A stretch of DNA of 64,000 nt, from NCBI GenBank assembly GCA_964016885.1, contig OZ024745.1, positions 123,938,001-124,002,000 of the forward strand, read 5' to 3'. The notes under the pieces were generated by a model. The model was given only the letters and a program-made list of their open reading frames with translations. It was not told the origin of the DNA and did not search any database. Below are positions 1 to 10,999 of the stretch, in pieces. This DNA comes from Eledone cirrhosa. Taxonomy: Eukaryota. Each line of letters opens with the position of its first letter. The stretch's first letter is position 1. A program made the position numbers and the translations under genes.

Positions 1-177
1 ATTGAATTGTGAAATTGGGAGAATAATAGGAAAATTTACTAGAAATAAAGGAAAGATTTTGTGCGTTTGAGCAGTAATGAACAAGAGCAAATTTTAAATA
101 AAGAATATCATGGTATTTACAATTATTATTTATTACTGTTTTATTATTTATTATTATAATTATTATTTATTACTGAT

Positions 178-372
178 GGCAGTGGATTGGCAGTATTGGT
201 AGAGGGTTGGACGCCATGCTTTGCAGCATAAAGTTACGGCCCTTTATGATCTGAGTTCAAATCCCGCCGAGGTTAACTTTGCCTTTTATCCTTATGAGAG
301 TCGATAAAATAAAGTAGCAGTAATACACTGGGGTAATTGCTGGCCTTGTGCTAAAAGTAGAAACAATTATTT
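178..372 (+). mobile_element. tRNA-derived SINE family A
   Basis: A-box-like TGGCAGTATTGG, B box GTTCAAATCC, body GCCGAGGTTAACTTTGCCTTT..TCGATAAAATAAAGTA, (ATT)n tail, TSD-like ttattactg on both sides. About 20 copies or fragments in the window; partial ones at 4145-4290, 24862-24940, 38275-38385, 47070-47190. Confidence 0.9.
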
Positions 373-508
373 ATTACTGTCTTGTATTATTGAAGTCTTC
401 AACACTTTTGATTCCATCACATCTGGTTTAATGATAGATAGCTCCATTTTAAAGTGTTCATTTTAAACTAAAATCCTGCCAACATAATTTTAAGTAAAAA
501 TCTTTGGT

Positions 509-1169
509 TATCCCTTTTGATATCAAACTACTATTTGATATCAATTGTTGTTGGATGCACCTAAAACAAATCTACCAAGTCTAAATATAAGAAATAACAC
601 TAAGTATCCAATCAGATATAGAAGTATTAATTGAAAACTGGTTTTTAACTTCACTGTACTTGTTTTGGTAGTATATACAGTAAAATTAGTTTAGACTTCA
701 CTACAGTAAGTCACCAGCCCTTTAACTTTTTAGCATTTACATTACTCTATATTTACTATTGTATTTTCATGGTAAACACTTTATTCCACATAATTATTAC
801 ACATAATATTGAATCTACGAGATTTTGATGTTATTTATTTTGAGAACAATACTATAACATCAGTCTGAGCAGCTGGTTATGGCTGGTTTGAATGGAAAAA
901 GTTGAAAGAATTCTGGCCAGATATGGCCAGTTTAGAAGCTAAATGGTTAAATTGTCCCTAGTTCTATATTACAAAACATTTTAAAATGTTTATATTCATT
1001 TAAAAACCTTTCATTATAATATAGTGTAAGAACTTTTGATATGTTCTAAACTTCAGCTTAATAATGAGAAAGTTATGTCACAATCTTTCCAAAATCTCAA
1101 TTATTTTCAAAATTATTTACAAATCATAGGTAGTTTTTTTTATAAGAAGTATAATAATGAAGGGGTTAA
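509..1169 (+). mobile_element. TTAA-flanked MITE family C (piggyBac-like), interrupted by a 544-950 insertion
   Basis: Starts tatcccttttgatatcaaac, resumes at ~951 and ends gaaggggttaa; body matches 14790-15033, 35798-36292, 39985-40192, 43400-43650. Confidence 0.65.
722..950 (+). mobile_element. piggyBac-like MITE family B
   Basis: Family consensus TIR CCCTTTAGCATTTA...TAAATGCTAAAGGG with TTAA at both ends (piggyBac hallmark); 14 copies in the window. Confidence 0.85.
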
Positions 1170-1359
1170 CCCTTTAGCATTTACATTACTCTATATTTAC
1201 TATTGTATTTTCACGGTAAAGGCTTTACCTCACATAATATTGAATCTATGAGATTTTGATATTATCTATCTTGAGAACAATACCTTAGAGGCCGGTTGCA
1301 ACCAGTTTGAACAGAAAGGGGTGAGAGAATTCTGGCCGGTTTAAATATTAAAGGGTTAA
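1166..1359 (+). mobile_element. piggyBac-like MITE family B
   Basis: ttaaccctttagcattta ... aaagggttaa; shares its TTAA with the end of the family C copy. Confidence 0.9.
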
Positions 1360-1734
1360 ATTATGTTCCAAACACCATCTTCAAGGTGGATGGAAACAAT
1401 AGAATGCCTGTCATATAATGTTCAATATAATCAAAATTTTTGTGGTATTTAGTAAAATATTTGTAACTTTACAGTATGTGTGTTTGAATCTCAGAATATT
1501 TAGCAATAAAACTAGAAGCTGTAAAATATGTTGCTGTTCTCCATTATCGCTCAATCTGCTAGAAATAGCAGCCAAAATTTCCACAAATAACACCTTACCT
1601 TCTTAACATTTTGTGACTATATTTCTAACAAGAATACTCTACCTTCATGTTTTAATCATTAATATAATTAAGCTTTATGAGAGGTTTAATGAAATAACTA
1701 ACCTTCAACTTAATGATAAAAGACAAATATTTAA

Positions 1735-1792
1735 CATCATCATCATCATTTTACGTCTGCTTTTCCCTGCTTGCAAGGGTGGGACAATAAAA
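1735..1792 (-). mobile_element. 3' tail of RTE family 2 or its SINE
   Basis: Reverse complement of gtcccacccttgcaagcagggaaaagcagacgtaaaa(tga)n, near-identical to the tail at 41543-41600. Confidence 0.8.
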
Positions 1793-2417
1793 ATCTAATA
1801 TTATCTAGCATGTAATAATGAGATTTCAGTCCAAGATTTAAATTTAAATTTTAACACATTAATAGAGGTGGTTTCTGATGGGGTGGTTTCTGGTGGGGTG
1901 GGTTAAGAATGGACACATTTGATATGGTAGTCCTCAAAATACTAAAAAGCTGGAACACCTTTGATCATGGGTCTGTTTGATCTGGGTTGGCCTGGACCTA
2001 AAAAAACAAAATCAACAAGTTACCAAATTATCTTTTCAAAACATAAAACGTTGGTTTGTTTTTGAGGTTAAAGTAGAAGCCAACATTTTAAAGATATCTT
2101 ATTTTATTATATTTCAAAGTTGTTATTTTTCCCCCAGCTTTCTACGTTCCAATATCAAATCACAAACATTCTTTACATTCTAGTCATATCTGATGAGATA
2201 TAACACTTTTGATCATTGGCATTGTAGACATAAACCATCCACCTGAAAAATAAGGAAATCGTTAAATACCTAATCTTCAAAGATTCTTCTTTACCTTAAT
2301 GTAGTTTCTTCTCCTTCTATAATAGACTTTACATACAGAATTCCAACTAAGATTCTGCCTCTCTGTGGTCACTCAACCTACTATAAATGACAACCTAATT
2401 TCCCTCAAATTACACCT

Positions 2418-2593
2418 TTAACCCTTTAATATTTACATTACTCTATATATATCGATTATATGAGATTTTGATATTATTTATTTCGAGAACAATACCTTAA
2501 CATCTGTATGAGCAGTTAGTTATGGCCAGCTTGAACTGAAAGAGATGAGATAATTCTAGCCGGATACTGCCAGTTTAAATGCTAAAGAGTTAA
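2418..2593 (+). mobile_element. piggyBac-like MITE family B (internally deleted)
   Basis: TTAA-CCCTTT start, gctaaagagttaa end. Confidence 0.85.
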
Positions 2594-3009
2594 AATGAAC
2601 AGTTTTCTATCAAAGAACCAGGAGTAGTTTCAAGTAATTTTGTATTTAAAAAATCAGCCATTCAATAAACTGAACAAAATTATATTTTAGATTTATAGTA
2701 TTTAGAAAAAAGTAACAAGTTGTATTTTACTTACTTTTTTCTTGGTCATAGACTCTCATCAGGTTGAAGCTTATTTAAGTTTCACATGATGTTAAGCAAC
2801 TGGGTGCACAAGATGCTATCTCATCACAAAACCTCCTCTCCACAGCTGCTGCTGCTGCTGCTGGTCATGCTAATTTTTTTTTATCTAAGTGGACTGAAGT
2901 AATGTGAAATGAATTGCCCTGCTCACAGTTACAATATGTCACTTCTGCAAATCAAAGGCATGCCCTTACAATTGTGTGCCAACACCCTAACCATTAGGCC
3001 CTGTGCCTT

Positions 3010-3178
3010 TCTCTCAAATTACACCCTACTTTATGGAAAAGGGAGGGGCACGTTTGTTAGTGAGGTCTTAAGTATGCAATCCTGAGAGAAATGATGGGAT
3101 GGTCGTGACTGGAATGCTTTTGATTATAAGCTTGCTTAGTAATGGTTGACCTGTGGTTAAACAATAGTATCAACAACT
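3010..3178 (+). repeat. Old dispersed SINE-like family D fragment
   Basis: Shared blocks ctcaaattacacc, gatgggatggtc, tttgatca..ggctaaacaac; related pieces at 1535-1600, 1900-2020, 2355-2417, 36470-36665, 39630-39690, 46290-46478. Confidence 0.6.
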
Positions 3179-3606
3179 CTACAGATTTGTTGTAATCTGC
3201 CTTCTATCTCTTTATCGATTTTTGAGTGAAGTTATTTTGAGTAATGCTAGAGCTGACACGTTCATAGGTGGACCAAGATACTCTCATGGAATGACCAAAT
3301 GAAGCTTATTTTTCAACATAGTCCCTGGAAAGAAACAATGCAGTTATTAAGAAGAAAAGTTGAAATTAATGCATACAAAATTTCACATCTAGCATCACTA
3401 CTTTCATTATATGTCCTTTCCTCTAAGGAGCACTACTTTATACAATTCCCTCCTAGGTCACCATACAGTAACGTAGATTAGTTCAAACTAGTCATCAACA
3501 ATATCAATCTTACTTGCATTTTTTTTCATTCATTATGTGCTTGAGCCCTCAACTGCTGATCAAATTAAAGAGGCCCTGTTTTGACATATGGCATATCTTG
3601 AGTATT

Positions 3607-3819
3607 TTAACCCTTTAGCAGTTAAACCGGCTGTATCCAGCCAGAATTCTCTCACCCTTTTCTGTTCAAACTGGCTATAACCGGCTGCTCTTACTGATGT
3701 TAAGCTATTGTTCTCAAAATAAATAATATTAAAATCTCATAGATTTATTATGTGAGATAAAGTGTTTACTGTGAATATATAACAGTAAATATAGAGTAAT
3801 GTAAATGCTAAAAGGTTAA
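3607..3819 (-). mobile_element. piggyBac-like MITE family B
   Basis: TTAA ends, TIRs, reverse orientation. Confidence 0.9.
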
Positions 3820-3971
3820 ATTTGGTGGAGGTCATCCCCTACAGGTCTGACAACAGCTAATTTCATGATAGAGGGAATGGAAAGAGAGTAAGAAGAAAAA
3901 TAACAACACATGATGATGATGATGACAACAATGGCAACATCGGTGTCAGTGATAACAATGATGAAGAATTA

Positions 3972-4139
3972 CCGTATTTCCCAGCGCCGAAGACGCTTCG
4001 TGCTCGTGGACACACCCTAATTTTGACAACCAAAAATTTGAAGAAAAAAAATTAACAACCTTTGGCCTCCAGGACCCATGTTAGATTTTTGAGACTTATT
4101 TTAGGAAAAAAGTAGATTCTTTGACGTCAGGAAACACGG
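3972..4139. mobile_element. Tc1/mariner-superfamily (Tc2/pogo-like) MITE
   Basis: Imperfect TIR CCGTATTTCCCAGCGCCGAAGA / reverse complement CCGTGTTTCCTGACGTCAAAGA, TA on both sides. Confidence 0.75.
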
Positions 4140-4709
4140 TAACTTCTGTATTGGACTGGTACTTTATTTATCGACCACAAAGTGATGAAAGGCAAAATTT
4201 AACCTCAACGGGATTTGAATTCTGAGCACAGTCAGCCAAAAGGAATACTGCAAGGCATTCTATCTGATGCTCACAGAACTGTCAAATTGCTTCCTTGTTA
4301 CATTTATTTATGAGCAAGATACTTCTTTTTCAGACAAAATAACCAAAAATAAATTTTAAAAAAAAGGGGAACCAATTCTGTAGATGAATTGTTATCCAGC
4401 TGTCATGAAATTCATTCACTTATGAATTTTAAGAACCATATGGTCACTGTGCGAGTTTTCTCATGTTTGAAAAACAAAAATTGCAATCACAGCTTTTAAG
4501 GAACAAACTGCCCCAATATATTTTTAGTCAAAGAAAAAGGGTTGATAACCACATCATGTTTAGAGTTTCAGGAGTTGGTTTGTGGATATTCTTCAGTGTT
4601 TTTCTTTTTTATTTTATGTATTACTATGTATTTAATTTTATTTTTCCACTCTCTTATTTTACGTGGTTAGTGTATTGTTCTATTTCATCTATTTACTGTG
4701 AGCACCGTT

Positions 4710-5497
4710 ATTTCTGCTTTTCTCTCTGTCCTCCACTTTCTCTCTCCCTTCTCCTCCTCTCTTATCCCTTCAATTCACTCTCTCATCTCTCTTTTGACTC
4801 TTCTGTCTCTCTCTTACCTCTCTCTTCTCTCCCTCTCTCACCCCTTCAATTCACTCTCTCCTTCTTTCTCATCTCTCTTTCGACCCTTCTCTCTCTCTCT
4901 CTTGCCTCTCTTTCTTCTCTCTCTACCATCTCTCTACCTTCCCTCTCTCACCCTTCCCTCTCTCTACCTTCCCTCTCTCACCCTTCCCTCTCTCTACCTT
5001 CCCTCTCTCACCCTTCTCTCTCTCTCTCTTCTCTCCCTTCTCTCCCGCTTCACCCCCTCAATTCACTCTCTCATTCTCTCGCCACTCTCTTCTCTCTCTA
5101 CTATCTCTCTACTACCTTCTCCCTCTCTCACCCCTTCAATTCACTCACTTCTTTCTCTCTCATCTCTTTTTCGACCCTTTTCTCTCTCTCTCTTGCCTCT
5201 CTCTACTATCTCTCTACTACCTTCTCTCTGTCTCCCTTCTCCCCCTCCCTCAACCCTTTCAATTCACTCTCTTCTTTCTTTCTCATCTCTCTTTTGGCAC
5301 TTCTCTCTCTCTTTCCTTCTCTCTACCTTTTCTCTCTCTCTACTCTCTCTCTCTCCTTTCTCCCTATATCTTCTCTCCCTTTCTTGTTCCTTCTCTCCCC
5401 CCCTTTCTCTCTCTCCTTTCTCTCTCTCTCTCACTTCTCTCTTTACCCCTTTCCCCCCTCTCTCTCTCTCTGTATATATATCCCCCTCTCTCTCCCA
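4710..5497. repeat. Polypyrimidine (CT-rich) degenerate minisatellite
   Basis: Recurring cccttcaattcactctctc and ctctctaccttccctctctcacccttcc units. Confidence 0.9.
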
Positions 5498-5859
5498 GAT
5501 TAGAAACCATAACTTGAAGAGTTCTCATTGTTGTGTTATGTGATGTGATAAAATGATATTGAGTTTTATGCAGAGTATTTGGTGGGATTTATTTTTTGTT
5601 CTATTTGTCACAGTATTTCATGATAATTTTATCTCCTTTCCACATCGATTTGGTGTTGTGATGCTCTGCTAATGATTTTTAATGGAGTCTGTTTTTCAAT
5701 TTGGATTTTATGCCGTTTATTTCTTCCAAACCCCCATGCAACTAAAATTATCATCTGTTTCTTTTCATTTTTTTCTTCTTTTTCAAATAGGGATATTTGG
5801 TTTGTTTTGTTTTTACCCCAAATTATATTCATTCTAATTTTTTCTCCCCCACCCCAACC

Positions 5860-6390
5860 CCTCCACCTCACTATTTTCTCCCACCCACCCTTCCACCTCA
5901 CTATTTTCTCTCTCCCCTCACCTCACTATTTCCTCTCCCTCCACCTCACTATTTCCTTCTCCTCCGCCTCACTATTTTCCCTCCCTCCACCTCACTATCT
6001 CTACTCCCTCCGCCTCACTATTTTCCCTCCCTCCACCTCACTATCTCTACTCCCTCCGCCTCACTATTTTCCCTCCCTCCACCTCACTATCTCTACTCCC
6101 TCCGCCTCACTATTTTCCCTCCCTCCACCTCACTATCTCTACTCCCTCCTCCTCACTATTTTCCCTCCCTCCACCTCACTATTTCCACTCCTTCCACCTC
6201 ACTATTTCCACTCCCTCCACCTCACTATTTCCACTCCCTCCACCTCACTATTTCCACTCCCTCCGCCTCACTATCTCCACTCGCTCCGCCTCACTATCTC
6301 CACTCGCTCCGCCTCACTATTTTCCCTCCCTCCACCTCACTATCTCCACTCCTTCCACCTCACTATCTCCACTCCTTCCAACCTCACTCT
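5860..6390. repeat. ~22-bp minisatellite
   Basis: Variants ctccacctcactattttccctcc / ctccgcctcactatctctactcc, more than 20 copies. Confidence 0.95.
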
Positions 6391-6626
6391 TCTGTTCGGT
6401 ATTAGTTTCTTGATGTATTTTGTTAATTCAAAATTGTAGATAACAAAACTATTAATACAGGGGCAGTATTCTCTATTTCTCAGTTAATAATCAGATTTGT
6501 TTACAATTCTTCAAAAGAAAAAATTACGCCTCATCATCTTTCCTTCTTATCCATTCATTGTATGTGTGTGAGTGTGTGTGCATGTGTGTGTGCATGTGTG
6601 TGAGTGTGTGTGTGTATATATATATA

Positions 6627-6792
6627 ACGAAGGAAGTGTGGTAAGGAACCAGATGGACCATAACGCACCAGAGTACTCAATACTTAGGGTAGTAGAGTGC
6701 GTAATAGGAAAATGTTTAACCCCGACAGCAGAGCTCAAACCGTTTCGATGAAACGGCTTGAGCTCTGCCGTCGGGGTTAAGCATTTTCCTAT
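6627..6792 (-). mobile_element. Penelope-like terminal remnant with 43-bp fold-back hairpin, in (TA)n
   Basis: IR arms 6704-6746 and 6750-6792 (3 mismatches) contain the hammerhead 3' half GAAACGGC..GCCGTC; related copy at 50239-50338. Confidence 0.6.
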
Positions 6793-6804
6793 ATATATAT
6801 ATAT

Positions 6805-7135
6805 GGAGGCACATGGCTTAGTGGTTACAGCATTGGCCTTGCAATCGAAAGGTTGTGAGTTCAATTCTCAGACCGGGTGATGTGTTGTTTCCTTGAGCAA
6901 GACACTTTATTTCACATTGCTCCAGTTTACTCAACTGTAGAAATGAGATGATAGGGACTGGGGTCCCTATCATTCCACTGCAAAGTGGTCGTGTAGGTGC
7001 CACGGCAAAAAGCACCCAGTACTCACTGTAAATGAGGTTGGTGTTAGGAAGGGCATTCAGCTGTAGAAATCAAGCCAGAATCAGTTCCCGTCCCACCCTT
7101 GCAAGCAGGGAAAAGTGGACGTAAAATGATGATGA
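6805..7135 (+). mobile_element. tRNA/CORE-like SINE with RTE-derived tail
   Basis: A box TGGCTTAGTGG, B box GTTCAATTC, CORE-like CCTTGAGCAAGACACTTT..CTGTAGAAATGAG, then RTE 3' UTR and (GAT)n. Confidence 0.85.
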
Positions 7136-7497
7136 TATACATATATATATATATATATATACACATACACACATATGTTCTGGCTTGTTTGCCTGCCTAC
7201 ATATTAAAAATGTGTGTATTTATATACACATTGGTGCAGTCATGGTTTATACACGTATAACTTATATATATATTATATTATGTGTATATGTATATATATG
7301 TGTGTGTATATATTTATATATATATGCATATATTTATATACACACACATATATGTGTGTGTATATATATATATATAACTCCTTTAACCATCTTTTGATCT
7401 TATATTATATATATATATATATGTACGAATGCATTTAAATCTATATCATCATCATCATTTTACATCCACTTTTCATTTGATTTAAAAGTATTCATAC

Positions 7498-7541
<44 letters not shown>

Positions 7542-8166
7542 TATATGGATGTATATATTTAAATATATATACACACACATAGATACCTTACCTGAAAATT
7601 GAGCGTTTTTCTTCAAAAAAAATATTTAAGGAAAAACATACGATCTAAGATTTTCAACAATTTCATTGAAATAAAATATTTGCATAAATCTACAAACATT
7701 GTTCACTATCTTCATGATTATGATGATGATGTAATTATTTGCAATATGATGTTTCTGTTTCAGTTTTTTTGTTTTACTGACACATGCATTTTTGGCTAAT
7801 TTAATAGCACTTCGTTTTGATCTCATCCTTTTTTTTTTTCTTTTCGATTTAGTATTCTTTTTAGTATTCGATTTAGTATTCTTTTACCATTTCGTCATTC
7901 CTTTTACATTATTCTTTTCATTTTCTTAGTTTTTCAAGCAGAGGGCCCATTTTATTTCCCTAGATAACAATTTGATTTTAAAGTTGTTTGAGATGTTGAA
8001 TAAATTTTATATATTTTCTAAAAGAAGTATAAAGAAAATGTGCGTTAAAGCAAACAAATTGTTTTTTTATGGCTTAGTGGAGCTAGTGTTGGGTTCTGGA
8101 TCATAAGATTGTGAATTTGACTCCCAGACAAGGTAGTGCATTGTGTCTTTCAGCATGACTGAATTT

Positions 8167-8371
8167 ATAATAATAATAATAATTGTTTCTACTTTTGGCA
8201 CAAGGCCAGCAATTATCCCAGTGCATTACTGGTGCTTTATTTTATCGACCCTGTAAGGATGAAAGGCAAAGTTAACCTCAGTGGGATTTGAACTCAGACC
8301 ATAAAGGGCCGTAACTCTTTGCTGTAAAGCATGGCGTCCAACCCTCTACTGATACTGCCAATCCACTGCCC
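8167..8371 (-). mobile_element. SINE family A
   Basis: Full-length reverse copy with (TAA)n tail. Confidence 0.9.
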
Positions 8372-8404
8372 TACTACTACTACTACTACTACTAATAATA
8401 ATAA

Positions 8405-8662
8405 TAATGTGGAAAATGAAAACAGAAACAATATCTATATTAATAGGTGTTCTGTGAATGATAAAATCACATAGATTAATACATAACCAAAACATCAGGA
8501 CTTACAAATATATACAACATAGCTACTAGGCACTGCACACATTTTACGAAAAGTACTATCAATACAATAGAAACAAAATCAGCAAAAACTACACTACACA
8601 TACCCAAGGCACACAGAGCTGTGCTCAGTGAAGCAGTAATGATGTGCAATGGAAATAATAAC
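8405..8662 (+). mobile_element. 3' end of an R4/Dong-like non-LTR element
   Basis: Degenerate MKTET..IG.L..IK...GLTNIY...LLGTAHILRK C-terminus; follows (TAA)n and ends in taataa; second copy at 57583-57858. Confidence 0.7.
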
Positions 8663-8710
8663 GTCCATCTTCCACGCTAGCAATAATGATTATTTCTTTA
8701 TTGGCCCCAA

Positions 8711-8937
8711 TATATAGAGGATCGATTGACTTTCGTCAAATCGAACCGAGGGCACAATGTTTCTATTGGTCTTTCCAATTGCTAATACTATTTATCGGTC
8801 GCAACTCCAGGTAGAAGGGGCAATGTGAAATAAAATGTCTTGCTCAAAGACATAACGCATCACTCAGTCCAGGAATCGAACTCACACCCTCATGATTGCG
8901 GATCCAATTCTTTAACCACTTAGCCACACGCCTTAAC
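8711..8937 (-). mobile_element. tRNA/CORE-head SINE with a distinct 3' module
   Basis: tRNA head and CORE start on the minus strand; 13-bp TSD ttattggccccaa at 8698 and 8938. Confidence 0.75.
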
Positions 8938-9050
8938 TTATTGGCCCCAAGGGCTTACATATAGGGGTCAATACAAAAAGACAGAGACAGTGGGTGTTTA
9001 AAAAAAAAACAAGTAAAAAATAAATACAGCAATAACAATAAACAATATGA

Positions 9051-9051
<1 letters not shown>

Positions 9052-9082
<31 letters not shown>

Positions 9083-9345
9083 CTTCTTCTTCTTCTTCTT
9101 CTTCTTCTTCTTCTTCTTCACTCACTTATTCCTGAGAGGGTCATGGGGGCAGGGTCCTCAAGCACTCCTTCCAGCTGATCTGGCTGGATCCCCAAGTGAG
9201 ACCAGCCAAGCTCATGCATGTTATCCAACCATCTTGCTTGGGGGGGTCAACCCCTGGGTCTCCTACTGGTTAGTTTTGCCCATAAAATCTGTCCAGTGGT
9301 TCTTTCCTGAGACATTCTAACCACATGCCCGTAGTATCGGAGTTT
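9052..9345 (-). mobile_element. 3' end of RTE/RTE-X-like LINE family 3 with (GAA)n tail
   Basis: LRYYGHVVRMSQER..SRRPRG..RWLD; matches 35405-35650 and 40660-41190. Confidence 0.8.
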
Positions 9346-9478
9346 TAGTAAATCCCTCAAACTTCTTCATGAACAAATTGAAATTAAGTGTATTTCATTA
9401 GAAATGTGGTTATTAAGATGTTAAGTCCTTTTCTCCTGCCCTTTAAAATTATATGTGTATATATATATATATATATAT

Positions 9479-9863
9479 GTCAAAGACAATGACACATGAC
9501 CGTGACTTCTGGCGTCACGCAGTAATACAGAGTACCCGACCTCCCATGGGTACAAGCTGAAGCATATAGACAATATGCCCCCACACCCCCCCACCGCAAG
9601 GTGGTCGTCGAGGTGCCACGGCAAAAAAGCACCGAGCCCACACTGTAAAGTGGACGTCGAGGTGCCACGGCAAAAAAGCACCCAGCACTCACTGTAAATG
9701 AGGTTGGTGTTAGGAAGGGCATCCAGCTATAGAAATCAAGCCAAATCAGTTCCTGTATGAGCAGTGTCTGGTCAGCCGACCAGACACTGCCCACAACAGG
9801 ACAACCCGTCTAACCCATGCTAGCATGGAAGAACGGACGTAAAACGGTGATCATGATGATGAT
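9479..9863 (+). mobile_element. 5'-truncated RTE family 1 (3' end)
   Basis: Near-identical to 32339-32726, (GAT)n tail. Confidence 0.9.
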
Positions 9864-10544
9864 ATATATATACATACATACACATGTATACATGTGTATA
9901 TATATCTACATGTATACATATATAGAGAGATAGAAGGGCGGGGGAAAAAAGGTGAGGGAGCAATTTTATTGTGGAGGAAACAATGCAGCCATTTATTTTA
10001 TGGTGTCAATATTTTAAAGAAAGTTCTACTCTAATTGTATGTATATGTATTTGTGCATTACATACATATATATATATATATTAAGTATTTCTGTAGAAAA
10101 AGTAAAGGAAAGAAGAGTGCTCTATGTATTGTACAGAGTTATTTAATTATATAATAAACAACACAATATAATTATTCCATTATGCTTGAAGTGGATGGAA
10201 CCTGTAGAAGAGTAAGACCAAGAAAGTCTTAGGATGATGTTGAGAAAAATGTCATAGGACTGAGCTGACTAGCAATATCACCTGTCCACCAGTTCAAACA
10301 CTGACAAATGTAAATGTGAGATTGGAGGCTGCAATTTTGGTAAGCAAGCAAAGACAATATAGAGTTTGAGAAAACCCTTCAGCCTGGCCAAGTGTGTGAC
10401 AACCTTTCTAGCACTGCTGCCATAATAACATGCACTCAGTACACTCTGTAAAATGATAATTTTAGTGCCACACAAAAAGAAAAAATCATACCCAGTTCAG
10501 TGCCATTGATAATATAAAATTTCAAAAGTCTAGGCAAAATGTCA

Positions 10545-10999
10545 TTAACTCTTTAACATTTATATTACTCTATATTCACTATTATATTTTCACAGCAAAC
10601 ACTTTATTTCACATAATGTCAAATCTATATTATACAACAAACCTTGGACATGATTTTAAAAGAATAGCGTTTTTCTTAAATGTATATATAATACATATAT
10701 ATATTACTGTGTAATATTTAGAATTATTTCTAGATTTTATTTACAAGGAGTATATAGTGGAAAAATAGCTCTTGTTTACATCACTAACCCTTTAGCATTT
10801 ACATTACTCTATATTTACTATTGTATTTTCGCAGTAAAGACTTTATCTCACATAATATTGAATCTTCAAGATTTTGATATTATTTATTTTGAGAACAATA
10901 CCTTAACATAAGTATGAGCAGCAAGTTATGGATGGTTTGAAGAAAAAGAGGTGAGAGAATTTTGACCAGATATGGCTGGTTTAAATGCTAAAGGGTTAA
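10545..10999 (+). mobile_element. MITE B composite: 5' half-copy, copied flank, second MITE B
   Basis: Partial MITE 10545-10627; 10628-10920 matches 18617-18915; TTAA end at 10996. Confidence 0.8.

Noticed and set aside
4463-6439. Long ORFs of 200-346 aa rich in S/L/P
   Set aside because: Artefacts of stop-poor pyrimidine satellites.
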